The position numbers were made by a program, and so were the translations under genes. A DNA stretch of 64,000 bases from an uncultured archaeon (GTDB lineage: Archaea > Thermoproteota > EX4484-205 > JAAOZP01), in contig CALIBN010000024.1 of assembly GCA_938045545.1 (NCBI GenBank), forward strand, positions 6,274 to 70,273, read 5' to 3'. Positions 26,663 to 36,306 of the stretch are shown here, piece after piece; the first letter of the stretch is position 1, and every line of letters starts with the position of its first letter. The notes under the pieces were generated by a model. The model saw only the letters and a list, made by a program, of their open reading frames with translations, made no database searches and was not told the DNA's origin.

Positions 26663-27622
26663 CTAGTAGAAGTTTTTCAAAAGCAGATCTAAATACCTGT
26701 AGCCACCGTCAGGCAATACTGTAACAATACTCCCGCCCTTGAAATCCCCGGCTACTTTCAAACAGGCTGAAACATTCGCCCCAGAAGATACTCCGCACAG
26801 CAATCCTTCAATCCTAGCCAGCTGAAGAGTTGTCTGAATAGCCTCCTCGTCGCTCACCAGCATCACCCCGTCGACAAGGCCCAGGTTATCCCTGAGGATC
26901 TTTGAGACAAAGCCCTCTCCAATGCCTTCTATCACATGCGGTATCCCAGCTATCTTCGAAGCTCCTCTTCCGTAAAACATGTTGTAGAGCGCCGGGGAAT
27001 TCTCAGGCTCGACGGCGATTAAACGCATATTGGGGTACTTCTCCTTCAAAGCCTTTCCCACCCCTATAAGCGTCCCACCGGTTCCCACTCCGGCGACGAA
27101 GGCGTCGATCCTCTCATCCAGCTGCCTCAGTATTTCCATACCTGTGCCCTCGTAATGGGCCTTAACATTATCCTCGTTTGAAAACTGGTTGACTAGGAAA
27201 CCACCGGTCTTTTCAGCTATTTCACCCGCCTTTCTGACCACGCTCTCCATACCCTCCTTCTCAGGAACCAAAACTATCTTAGCGTTTAACGTGTGCATCA
27301 TCTGCCGCTTAGCCTTAGCAGTGTTATCCGGCATCACGAGGATTGCGTTATAGCCTTTAACTGCAGCAACCATCGCAATAGAGATCCCCGTGTTCCCGCT
27401 AGTGGCCTCAACTATTGTTGAACCGGGTTTCAGAAGCCCCTTCTTCTCCGCAGACTCTATAATGTACAGGGCTATCCTGTCCTTTATGCTTCCACTCGGA
27501 TTTAGAAACTCGAGTTTCGCAAAAATGTTTACGCCTGCTTTTTCAGAAATCTTGTTCAGCCTCACTAATGGTGTTTCCCCTATTGCGTTAAGGACGCTGG
27601 AGGCTACTCTGTTTCTCTCCAA
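26663..27622 (-). CDS. cysK: Cysteine synthase (O-acetylserine sulfhydrylase family)
   Basis: IGETPLV, NPSGSIKDR, EATSGNTG, GVGTGGT. Confidence 0.9.
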   Translation of the reverse strand: MERNRVASSVLNAIGETPLVRLNKISEKAGVNIFAKLEFLNPSGSIKDRIALYIIESAEKKGLLKPGSTIVEATSGNTGISIAMVAAVKGYNAILVMPDNTAKAKRQMMHTLNAKIVLVPEKEGMESVVRKAGEIAEKTGGFLVNQFSNEDNVKAHYEGTGMEILRQLDERIDAFVAGVGTGGTLIGVGKALKEKYPNMRLIAVEPENSPALYNMFYGRGASKIAGIPHVIEGIGEGFVSKILRDNLGLVDGVMLVSDEEAIQTTLQLARIEGLLCGVSSGANVSACLKVAGDFKGGSIVTVLPDGGYRYLDLLLKNFY

Positions 27623-27782
27623 GCCTCGGCTAAAAACCAGTTGATACGCTTATAAACTCTTGCAACTGTTGTTAAGGAGCAGTGTTAATGCAGTTGAAGC
27701 ATAGCGGGCTCCCTGAGAAAATAAAAGACATCTCTGCACTTAACCAGGGGATTGGGAAGGATTTCTGTAATAGGCTTGTGTT

Positions 27783-28289
27783 CTAGGATACGCGTGCGGT
27801 CCCCCTGAACAGGATTATCGTCCTTCCGTTTTCAACGCCGGAAGCGCCTAAACCCCTTAAAGCATACAGTCCGCCTCCCATCCAGAAGTAACGTATGTGA
27901 AGAACCATGCTTGAACCATCGTTGCATCTGAGTCTGAGAATTATAGTGCTTCTCTTGTATAACACTACGCCCCGGGCTTCTGCAACATCATAGGTTGTTC
28001 CACCGATTACAACGCTTCCCTCAACCGCTTCTACAGGGATAAAGTTCTCTCGTCTCTCTCCAAGCTTCAAGGCTAGACTCAGACCCAGTTCCCTCTTTTC
28101 CCTCTCTCCATCAGTTTTTCTTACAGCTATTCCCTTTGCATTCACAGAGACTGTTGATTTCCCCCTTATCGGTGTCTGCTCTTGAGGCTCGCCGCTGATT
28201 CTTAAGAACAGCATTGTCGAGACCAGTATCGCTAATAAGCTTGCTAGCGCCAGCAGTTTGAACCCGGTCATGTTTCTCATGCTCATCAC
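27783..28289 (-). CDS. Secreted or membrane-anchored beta-rich hypothetical protein
   Basis: Signal/TM helix followed by alternating beta-strand pattern. Confidence 0.55.
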   Translation of the reverse strand: MMSMRNMTGFKLLALASLLAILVSTMLFLRISGEPQEQTPIRGKSTVSVNAKGIAVRKTDGEREKRELGLSLALKLGERRENFIPVEAVEGSVVIGGTTYDVAEARGVVLYKRSTIILRLRCNDGSSMVLHIRYFWMGGGLYALRGLGASGVENGRTIILFRGTARVS

Positions 28290-28331
28290 CTCCGTTTAAA
28301 GCGTTTTCCCTCTGATTTTTATATGTGAGGC

Positions 28332-29027
28332 ATGATTCGTATGGATGAATCATCCATAAACTTAAAAAGCGTTAAAAAGCGTATGCTTCGAAGAAGCTTG
28401 GACGGTTTACCGCTAATATCAATTCTAACCGAGCCGGTGAGTGCAGTGATAAGCTTTGCCATAGCCTATTACGCGTATAAAAGCTTTAGAATGTCTTCAA
28501 TAAGAAGACTTTTTCTGCTGCATTTAGGGTTTGTAATACTTGGAGTAGCCCTCTTGCTTCGCTTCGTAACCTTCACCTTCCTCCTGTCGCTGCGTTTTTC
28601 TGAACAGAATGTTCAAGCTATACGGGGAATCGTTTCTCTAGGAGGATTCGTTTTCTCCTCGCTGCAGCTGGTCGCCTATATTCTTTTCTCAGCCTCGTAC
28701 ACCTCGCAACCTGAATCCGCAAACGAGAATGGCAAAATACTGGCCGTCCTACCAGGTTTCTACCTTATATTTTTCAACCCTTTTCTAGAACTGTTGTCTC
28801 TCGCGATAATCGGCTACGTCGTGGCCCGTGCGCTTATTCTCTTCATTTATAAAAGCAGCGGCAATTCGCTTCTAGTCCTGCTCGGCTTTGCATGTTTCTT
28901 CGCGAGCCACCTGTTCTTTCTTTTCACGGCGATTGAAGAAAGCCTCTTGTTCCTGGGTCAGGTTGTTCAGCTTTTCGGATTCATATTCTTTCTAGTGATG
29001 TTGACACGGGTGACTAGGACGGGTTGA
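28332..29027 (+). CDS. Polytopic membrane protein (sensor-like)
   Basis: About six TM helices; overlaps the downstream wHTH gene. Confidence 0.6.
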   Translation: MIRMDESSINLKSVKKRMLRRSLDGLPLISILTEPVSAVISFAIAYYAYKSFRMSSIRRLFLLHLGFVILGVALLLRFVTFTFLLSLRFSEQNVQAIRGIVSLGGFVFSSLQLVAYILFSASYTSQPESANENGKILAVLPGFYLIFFNPFLELLSLAIIGYVVARALILFIYKSSGNSLLVLLGFACFFASHLFFLFTAIEESLLFLGQVVQLFGFIFFLVMLTRVTRTG

Positions 29028-29311
29028 CTGCTTCAAAAGAGTACCGTTCTAAAGCACGCATCTACTTCGACATATTGAACCAGATAGTTAGCGAAGGCGG
29101 TAGGGCTGGACCCACACGCATTCTTTACGGTGCAAACTTGTCGCATGACCGTTTGACTAAGCACTTAGCCCAGCTCATAAGCCTAGGGTTGGTTGTTGAG
29201 GAGAAGGAGGGGGACAGGGTATTCTATTCTTTAACTGAAAAAGGGATGGCTTTTATCCAAGAGTTTCGCCGGATACAGGCTTTCGCTAAAGCCTTCGGAA
29301 TACCTATTTGA
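29024..29311 (+). CDS. Small archaeal winged-helix regulator
   Basis: RSKARIYFDIL...PTRILYGANLS...YSLTEKG. Confidence 0.85.
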   Translation: MTASKEYRSKARIYFDILNQIVSEGGRAGPTRILYGANLSHDRLTKHLAQLISLGLVVEEKEGDRVFYSLTEKGMAFIQEFRRIQAFAKAFGIPI

Positions 29312-29395
29312 CAGCCTTACAGCATCCAAATCGACTCTTCTTAGCGTTAAGCATGGAAAGATTTATGAGTGTAACCGGGGGTTTTAATATTGCGG

Positions 29396-30184
29396 ATGGA
29401 GACTATTGCCAGGATTAATGAGCCGCTTCACGGTTATGTTCAGGAGATAGTGCTTATCCCTGTGAGCAAGCTTAAGGTTATAGAGGTTCAGAGAAAACCC
29501 TCCGCTCCTCACGTTAAGAGGCTTAAAAGCTCGATTAAGAAGATAGGTTTCACCATACCGCTGATAGTTGTCAGAAGGGGGGAAGAAAACATAATAATAG
29601 ATGGTCAACACAGGTTTCTGGCGGCGAAGGAGCTTGGAATAAAAGAATTGCCTGCGATAGTAATACCTGAAAAGTATGCTCACAACCTGATGGAGCTGAA
29701 CGTTGAGAAACAGATGTCTCTGAGGGAGAGAGCGTACGTTGCGCTTAATGTTTACAGGATGTATTTGAATGAAACCCCTTCTATGAAGGAGGATGATGGA
29801 AGGATAATGGATTCAATAGAGTATGCATACTATGTTACGCTTGGAATAGCCTATGAGAAGAAGCCGAGGGTATCCGGATCACCCTATGAGGCATTGTTGA
29901 AGAAGGTAGATGGTTTTCTTTCAAAGCCGTTGAGGGACGCTGTCGTGGAAAGGGAGAGGAGGGCGGAAGTCATAATAGAGACGGATGGCTTAACCAGGGA
30001 GGTTGTTAAGAAAGTCAAGGAATTAGGGGTGGAACACGAATTCCTATATAACGAGGTCGTGTCTTTCTGCAACCCTATGAAGAGGAAGAAGAAGGTTTCA
30101 CAGAGCTTCGACAATATTTTCAGCGCGCTGCAAAAGAACCTAAAGGACTTGGCTCAAAACCCTGAGAAAATTTTAAAGAAGTAA
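29396..30184 (+). CDS. ParB/Sulfiredoxin N-terminal domain protein
   Basis: GFTIPLIV, IIDGQHRFLA. Confidence 0.8.
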   Translation: METIARINEPLHGYVQEIVLIPVSKLKVIEVQRKPSAPHVKRLKSSIKKIGFTIPLIVVRRGEENIIIDGQHRFLAAKELGIKELPAIVIPEKYAHNLMELNVEKQMSLRERAYVALNVYRMYLNETPSMKEDDGRIMDSIEYAYYVTLGIAYEKKPRVSGSPYEALLKKVDGFLSKPLRDAVVERERRAEVIIETDGLTREVVKKVKELGVEHEFLYNEVVSFCNPMKRKKKVSQSFDNIFSALQKNLKDLAQNPEKILKK

Positions 30185-30362
30185 CTGAAAAAATTTACCA
30201 TATTCGGCGAGAAAGCACATGTCCTTCAGGAATGGTGATAATGCCATTAAACTTTTGGACATTTCTCCACTAAAAGCCTTTCCCCGTATCCATTGAGTAT
30301 GATCAGAATAAGAATGAATATTACTACCTATTTATCTATATAGTTGGGAACTGCGTGAAGTG

Positions 30363-31193
30363 TCAAGGTTTAGTGACCATTCTCACCGTGGCTAAGAGTA
30401 GCACAATGCCCAGCAACATCTTAAGAAGACCTTCGCTAGCCACGGTTACGAAACTGGCTCCAACATATGATCCCAAGACTGAAGCGAAGCCCATGGTTAA
30501 TCCAATGGCAATGCCATAGTTGTTCAGGTGGCCTATGCGCCAATGCTTTATGAAGCTGGCCAATATGGTTGGGATGGAAACCAGCAGGCTTAATGTACCC
30601 GCTATTTTCACCGGGAAACCAAAGAAGTAGATGAGAGCTGGGATCCTGTACTCTCCTCCAGCAACTCCCAGCAGGCCTGAAACAACCCCGATTAGAAGGC
30701 CAACGAGCATCGAGAAGGCGATTTCCATAAGATATGGGAATGAAACGCTTGATGGGGGCAATTCGACAAACTGGTCAAAAATCATCCTCAACCCTACTGC
30801 AATCAACAGCACTATTAGAAACTTCCTTAACAGGCTTTCATTTAGCCTTCCAGCCAGATGTGCACCAATATATCCTCCCAAGATTGAGCCGGAAGACATG
30901 AATAACGCGATATTGATCGCGTTAGGAGTGATTAGGCCGGTCCGGTACCTCACGATAAATGAGACGGAGACGGTTAAAAGCCCTATCAACAGGTTTATAG
31001 TGATTGAAAGCAGGACCGGCAGATCCAGCAGGTAGAGCAAGACGGGTATTCTGAACTCCCCGCCTCCTACGCCAAGGAGTCCTGATGCTAAACCAATCGA
31101 AAAACCGGAAAAAACGGAGACAAAAAGTTTGCCTATGTTAAAACGTTGAACCGTGCTCTCGAAAGCATTGCCCGTCATTATTAATGCTTTCAA
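30363..31193 (-). CDS. TauE/SafE sulfite exporter family permease
   Basis: Duplicated SGLLGVGGGE/SGLLGVAGGE motifs. Confidence 0.88.
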   Translation of the reverse strand: MKALIMTGNAFESTVQRFNIGKLFVSVFSGFSIGLASGLLGVGGGEFRIPVLLYLLDLPVLLSITINLLIGLLTVSVSFIVRYRTGLITPNAINIALFMSSGSILGGYIGAHLAGRLNESLLRKFLIVLLIAVGLRMIFDQFVELPPSSVSFPYLMEIAFSMLVGLLIGVVSGLLGVAGGEYRIPALIYFFGFPVKIAGTLSLLVSIPTILASFIKHWRIGHLNNYGIAIGLTMGFASVLGSYVGASFVTVASEGLLKMLLGIVLLLATVRMVTKP

Positions 31194-31237
31194 ACCGGCT
31201 GACTTTGCATTTAAATAGTTTAAGTTCCTCAGTCAAG

Positions 31238-31738
31238 CTACTCTAAGGTTATTCTTCCTGAAACCGTTGCGAAAACATTCTTAGAATAGTGTAAGACCGG
31301 TTGAAAGTCGAGTTTTTCAACATGCTCTTTCAAGACTCTTCCAACAACCAGCCAGTGGTCTCCGAACTCTTTGAACAGTTCCACTCTGCACTCCAGCTGG
31401 ACAGGCATGTTTCTCACGAGGGGTGGCTTAACAGTCTCAGCCTTCTCAGTCTCCAATCCTAGGAGGGCAAACTTATCGACTTCCCTCCCGGACCTTGTGC
31501 CGCAGGCCCACACCATATCGATCATATCTCTCGAAGGAATGGCTAAAATGAATTCGGTAACCTCCCTCAGATTCTCAAAGGTTTTCCTTCTGGGGGAAAC
31601 GGCAAAAGCAACATATTTCGGTTCAAAGCTTATAGGCATCAAGAATGAGAATGCCGCAATATCCGGCTCACCCTTAGAATCGCAAGTAATAACTAGTCCC
31701 GTCACCCTTGGAAAGATCATCTCGCTTATTCTAGCCAT
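31238..31738 (-). CDS. Flavin reductase family protein
   Basis: CGTRSGREVDKF, LECRV, GDHWLVVGRV. Confidence 0.88.
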   Translation of the reverse strand: MARISEMIFPRVTGLVITCDSKGEPDIAAFSFLMPISFEPKYVAFAVSPRRKTFENLREVTEFILAIPSRDMIDMVWACGTRSGREVDKFALLGLETEKAETVKPPLVRNMPVQLECRVELFKEFGDHWLVVGRVLKEHVEKLDFQPVLHYSKNVFATVSGRITLE

Positions 31739-32064
31739 GTATCGAGATCGTAGAAAGTATTGTTAACCTTTTCCCTCGAGCATCCAATATTAGGGAGCTA
31801 AAATCCCGTTTTTGTAGTAACCGTATTGCAACACTGTTGAGAAGGTTAGTTAACATATTCTTAAAGACGATTAAAATAGGGAGGCTTCTCCCTTTATCCA
31901 TAGTCTCGTTTTAAATTATTTATGAATCTGGAAAAAGAAGCCATTTCTAGAGAGGAATTAACTTTACAACCTTATTATCGATCCTTGTTTTATCCTCGTA
32001 ATCCCAAGTGATTATTTCTCAGAAAAATTAACGCCGCCTAGCCAGAAATTAAAAGCAAGATTTA

Positions 32065-32688
32065 CTAACTTTTTCTCTCAAGGATCTCCCTGATTCTCTT
32101 AAGCTCGTCTAGGATCCGTTGTTCTAAATCTTCTTGCGGAGCGAATCCTGACTCAGTCTCCACAGCCATCGGCCGAAGCCTTCCAACCATGTTAAGCATG
32201 AAGCTCTTCACTTCTTCAACGTTCTTAATACCCTGAAGAATGGCTTCCGCAACCCCGTGGCTTCCGGGAGCAACATGGTAACCAGCAGTTTGAATGCGAA
32301 GCTCCCATAACCCTAGCATCCTGGAGACGGGGCCTTGTCGAATGTCAACATTAGTTATACGGTTGTAGGGGACTATGCTCTTATGCTTCCACCAAACCCC
32401 CTTTTCAACGATTATTTCACTCTCCGTAAAGGTGTAGAACAGGGATAGATAATACAGGTTTATCCAAATGATCGAGGGGACAAGGATTAGGAGGCATATG
32501 ATTGCGAGAATGAATATAACCATCGCGAGAACCCCCAAGTTAAGGGTAGGAGGAGAGAGGATTGTTAAAACGCTCATGAGGCATAGCGGAAAAATGAGAA
32601 CCAGCCCTAAACCAGTTAGAAGGTAGATGTATTGAAGCGTCTTGAAAGACGGGTCTGGTTTAAACTTCTCGCCAATTCTAACAGTCAT
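32065..32688 (-). CDS. Membrane protein with bacterial PH (bPH_2) domain
   Basis: Two TMs; EKGVWW...VPYNRITNVDIRQGP...IQTAG. Confidence 0.8.
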   Translation of the reverse strand: MTVRIGEKFKPDPSFKTLQYIYLLTGLGLVLIFPLCLMSVLTILSPPTLNLGVLAMVIFILAIICLLILVPSIIWINLYYLSLFYTFTESEIIVEKGVWWKHKSIVPYNRITNVDIRQGPVSRMLGLWELRIQTAGYHVAPGSHGVAEAILQGIKNVEEVKSFMLNMVGRLRPMAVETESGFAPQEDLEQRILDELKRIREILERKS

Positions 32689-32766
32689 TCACTTCAGTAA
32701 TCATGCAGGGGAATATAAGACTTTTTCAGATGATGCTGCAAATAAGGTTGGTGTTTTTAGAAAATA

Positions 32767-33556
32767 CTATTTTTCCTCGCGTCTCGTGGAAACGATGTAG
32801 GAAAGTATTACGAATACTGTTGGATATAGTATCAGGACCATTAGGGATATGGGGTATTGTGAAGACAGTTTAAGCAGGTCGAAGACATCCTGCTTGCTAG
32901 CCTTAGCGGGAACAGGGCCTGTTAAAGTGCTGTAGTGATTATTGATTGAGAAGATCTGCGTCATGTAGTTTAGCTCAACGTATTTTTTTCCCAGTAATCG
33001 CTCTCCAGGCTGAAAGAGGCGAAGGAGGGTATACCCAGCATCATGAAGGCGATCATCACGGATATTAAAGGCACTATTATGGTAAAAAACGCCCAGAGCG
33101 CTATGCTTGCTATGGGCGAGTGACCCGATTTATTTAGGATCGTGGAGAAGAAAAGCGAGACGGAGTAGTATGCGAACGCGAAAATCAGTGAGAATATTGA
33201 GAATAACGTTAGCCTGGTGAGATCGTCTAAGTCTATGTTTAGGCCGTATACTTAAGGTTCTCCAAGGCAGTCATGTCGTCGTAGAACTCGAAGCCTTCTG
33301 GCAGCAGCCCCACCTTCCTCCTTATCTCCAATGATTCGCGAAGCACATCATGTCCTAAAACCCTAGCCACGCCCCTCGTCGGCAGAGTTAAGCCCATCAG
33401 TATCGCTATCAGCGTTGATTTCCCAGCTCCATTCGGGCCGAAGAGCCCGTGTATGCTGCCTTTAGGAATCTTAAGGTTAACGTTGTCCAGGGCTGTCACC
33501 GGAGGGGTGCCCTTGAATATCTTTACAAGGTTTTCATATTCTATTACAAAGCTCAT
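32767..33556 (-). pseudogene. Collapsed ABC-2 transporter operon (ATPase N-terminus joined to permease C-terminus)
   Basis: GPNGAGKST ATPase stops shortly after the Q-loop; followed directly by the permease remnant AYYSVSLFFSTILNKS. Confidence 0.75.
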
Positions 33557-33760
33557 GCCTCCCGCCTTCCCTGTTTCTGAATATTTAGAGGGTGAGAGTT
33601 AAAAAGATTCCAGCGTAGCCTTCTTTATGGGGAATACTCCGTATTCAGTTCAAAGAAACGTGGAGGAATATTGTTAGCGTCGGTGCTGGTTTACTCGGTC
33701 TGAGGGTTTTCCTCTTTGCTTAAGCCTTCCTAAAAGATTGAGGTTCATGAAAACCCTATT

Positions 33761-34261
33761 TTAAACCTCAGCCCCTACTTCTCTGAAACCGTTCTCAACA
33801 TACTGGAGGCCTCTCCGAAGCATTTTGAAAACCTTCTTACCGGCCTCGACGCCTGTTTCACTCACAAGCCCCCTCTTTATCAGTATGCTCATGTACTGCC
33901 TAGGGTTTTCAAGCCCGCTTAGCCTAGCCTCCTCCTTAAGCTTCTCAACATCCTCGTAAGTAAAATCCCTCTTCTCAACCATGTAAAGATAGTAGCCGAT
34001 CAACAGTATCTTCTCATACCCCTTCAACATATCTGGCTCCCTTCCGATCCTCTTAGCCTCCTCGGCGAGAAACTCGGTGAAGGTGATGCCCTGTGGCAGC
34101 GGCTCTGGTTCAATTGTCCTCGCAGCCTCAACCCTTTCTTGGAGAAACTCGCTCCTGAGCCTCTCGAAAGTAGTCTCCACAAACTCCCTGCTGCCCCAGA
34201 CCTCCACCTCGACGTCTCTCCTCTTAACCCTCACGCCGTATCCATGTTCCTTGACACTCAT
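33761..34261 (-). CDS. Hypothetical protein with C-terminal wHTH-like domain
   Basis: VEVEVWGSREFV N-terminal motif; ENPRQYMSILIKRGLV; start set at ATG 34261. Confidence 0.6.
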   Translation of the reverse strand: MSVKEHGYGVRVKRRDVEVEVWGSREFVETTFERLRSEFLQERVEAARTIEPEPLPQGITFTEFLAEEAKRIGREPDMLKGYEKILLIGYYLYMVEKRDFTYEDVEKLKEEARLSGLENPRQYMSILIKRGLVSETGVEAGKKVFKMLRRGLQYVENGFREVGAEV

Positions 34262-34305
34262 GTTCAAGCCGGAAACCATGCTTCTCAACGAAATATAAGG
34301 CTTTC

Positions 34306-36267
34306 TCAGGAGAGGAAGCTGCTTACCTCCCTCGTAAGGTTTTCGATTTTCAAATGGGCATGCATGTCCTGTCTCCAATCCTGTGGAAGCTTGTCCCTCA
34401 CCCTTCCATATATCCTGCTGTCCATAATCACTATGACTCCCCTGTCCTGCTGGCTTCTTATCAGTCTGCCAGCCATCTGGGCCAGTGTGACTATGCATGG
34501 GGTGGTGCTCGCGTATTCGAAAGCCTTTTCGCCGAACTTTTTCTCATAGTATTTTAAAAGGGCTTCATGCATCTCGCTCCTCTTAGGATAGGGTAGGCCA
34601 ACTATCACGACGGCTGAGAGGAGGGAGGAGCCCTCGCTCGTAAGGTCCACGCCCTCGCTTATCTTGCCTCTTGCAACACCTAACGCTAAGCAACTGTTGT
34701 TCTCCCTGAGGAACTTGAGCACTTCCCTAACCCTTGTCTTCGCGTCCTCCCTGATTATCGGGCGGTTTATCACGATTCTCTCCGAAACCTTCTCCATCAG
34801 CTCGTAAGACGGGAAGTATACGGCTACCCTCCCTTTTACGGATTCAATGATCCTGTTGAGCCTCTCAGCTATCCTGCCTATCATCTCCCCCCTAAGCTCG
34901 TACTTGGTTGTCACAGCCTTGTCCACGAGTATCAGCCTGTTCTCCCTTTTAAACGGAGACGGGAGGGAGAGGGTTGCCACCCGCCTCTCATCCAAGCCTA
35001 GGACATCCCTGTAGTAGGGGAAATCCCAAAGTGTTCCAGACATTAAAACGGCTGACCTAACCTTGTTCAGGCTTCGCGTCGCCCTTGAAACATCCAGCGA
35101 ACATATTCCAATCCTCACAATCCTCCTGCCGCCGGAGCCTTTCTCAACCCTAACGTATCTCACAGTGTCCTCGGAATCCTCAGAGGCCCATCTTTGAGCA
35201 AACTCCGCGATCCTCCCAAGGTGCGAGACAGGAGGCTTCCCCGAATCCATTTTCATCGAAACTATTCTCTCAGATTCCTCCAGCATTTTCCGGAGGGTTT
35301 CAAGCACCTTCTCCCCTGGCATGCGTAGGGCTCTGAGCAGGGAAGCCTCATCCCCTTCTAAAACATGGTTCTCCCCAATGCCCACTTGTTTCACAGCTTT
35401 TCTCCCAAGCCTCTCCATGAACGCTTTGAAAAGCCTTATGAAACTCTTTTCTTCAAACCCGTATTCGACAGCCTCTTTCCAGGCTCTTGAAACGGTTCTC
35501 GTGGAAACCTCGTCTGAGAGGAGCCCTGAGGCAGCGGAGGGGAGCGAGTGAGCCTCGTCGAAAACAATGTTCACACTGCCCATCTGCATCCTTCCCCTGG
35601 CGAATATGCTTCTCCTAGCCTCATCTATAAGGAAATGGTTGTAGTTGCCTATGATGACGTCTGAGTCGGCAGCCGCCAGCCTAGTTAGCTCATACGGGCA
35701 CATCCCCCGTGATGAAGCCTCTTCGTACAGCTCGTCCGGCATTAAAACACGCTTGACCCCCGCCTCCTCCAGGAAGACTATCGCCTCCCTAGACGGCTTC
35801 CAGTCCCTGAAAACCTTAGCGTAGAAGGCGCATGATGATGCTGAAACACCCTTCTTAAGCCTGCTGCAATACGTTAGGAAGCTCCGGTAGTCCATTCTCC
35901 CAACCTCCAGCCTCCCCCTGGCTAGGGGGCACATCTCCTGCCTGCTCACCATCAGCGTTGCCCTAAGGATTACCCCAGTCTTTTCAGCGATCGTTTTAAG
36001 CTCCCTAGCGTATATTTCAAGCTCGTTCCTCGTCCTAGTCAGTATGAACAGTTTCCCAACTTCCTCGATCTCCCTAGCCATCAAGTATGCTGTTAAAACC
36101 GAAACTGATTTCCCGGTTCCACAGGGGGAGGATAATAAACCTATTCTCCCCGTGGTGAGAACACGGAAGATGAACTCTATCGCTTCAAGCTGGTGTTCCC
36201 TGAACTCCGAATAGGGAAAGTATTTCTTGGCCCATTTCTCAACCGTCTGATGCAAAGGCTTCTGCAT
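34306..36267 (-). CDS. xpd: XPD/Rad3-like Fe-S DNA helicase
   Basis: PCGTGKS, four Fe-S cysteines including CPY, DEAH, MSGTL, SEGVD, QMAGRLIRS. Confidence 0.9.
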   Translation of the reverse strand: MQKPLHQTVEKWAKKYFPYSEFREHQLEAIEFIFRVLTTGRIGLLSSPCGTGKSVSVLTAYLMAREIEEVGKLFILTRTRNELEIYARELKTIAEKTGVILRATLMVSRQEMCPLARGRLEVGRMDYRSFLTYCSRLKKGVSASSCAFYAKVFRDWKPSREAIVFLEEAGVKRVLMPDELYEEASSRGMCPYELTRLAAADSDVIIGNYNHFLIDEARRSIFARGRMQMGSVNIVFDEAHSLPSAASGLLSDEVSTRTVSRAWKEAVEYGFEEKSFIRLFKAFMERLGRKAVKQVGIGENHVLEGDEASLLRALRMPGEKVLETLRKMLEESERIVSMKMDSGKPPVSHLGRIAEFAQRWASEDSEDTVRYVRVEKGSGGRRIVRIGICSLDVSRATRSLNKVRSAVLMSGTLWDFPYYRDVLGLDERRVATLSLPSPFKRENRLILVDKAVTTKYELRGEMIGRIAERLNRIIESVKGRVAVYFPSYELMEKVSERIVINRPIIREDAKTRVREVLKFLRENNSCLALGVARGKISEGVDLTSEGSSLLSAVVIVGLPYPKRSEMHEALLKYYEKKFGEKAFEYASTTPCIVTLAQMAGRLIRSQQDRGVIVIMDSRIYGRVRDKLPQDWRQDMHAHLKIENLTREVSSFLS

Positions 36268-36306
36268 CCTTATTCCGGGGAACGCTTAAAAGCGTTAGCA
36301 CCCTGT

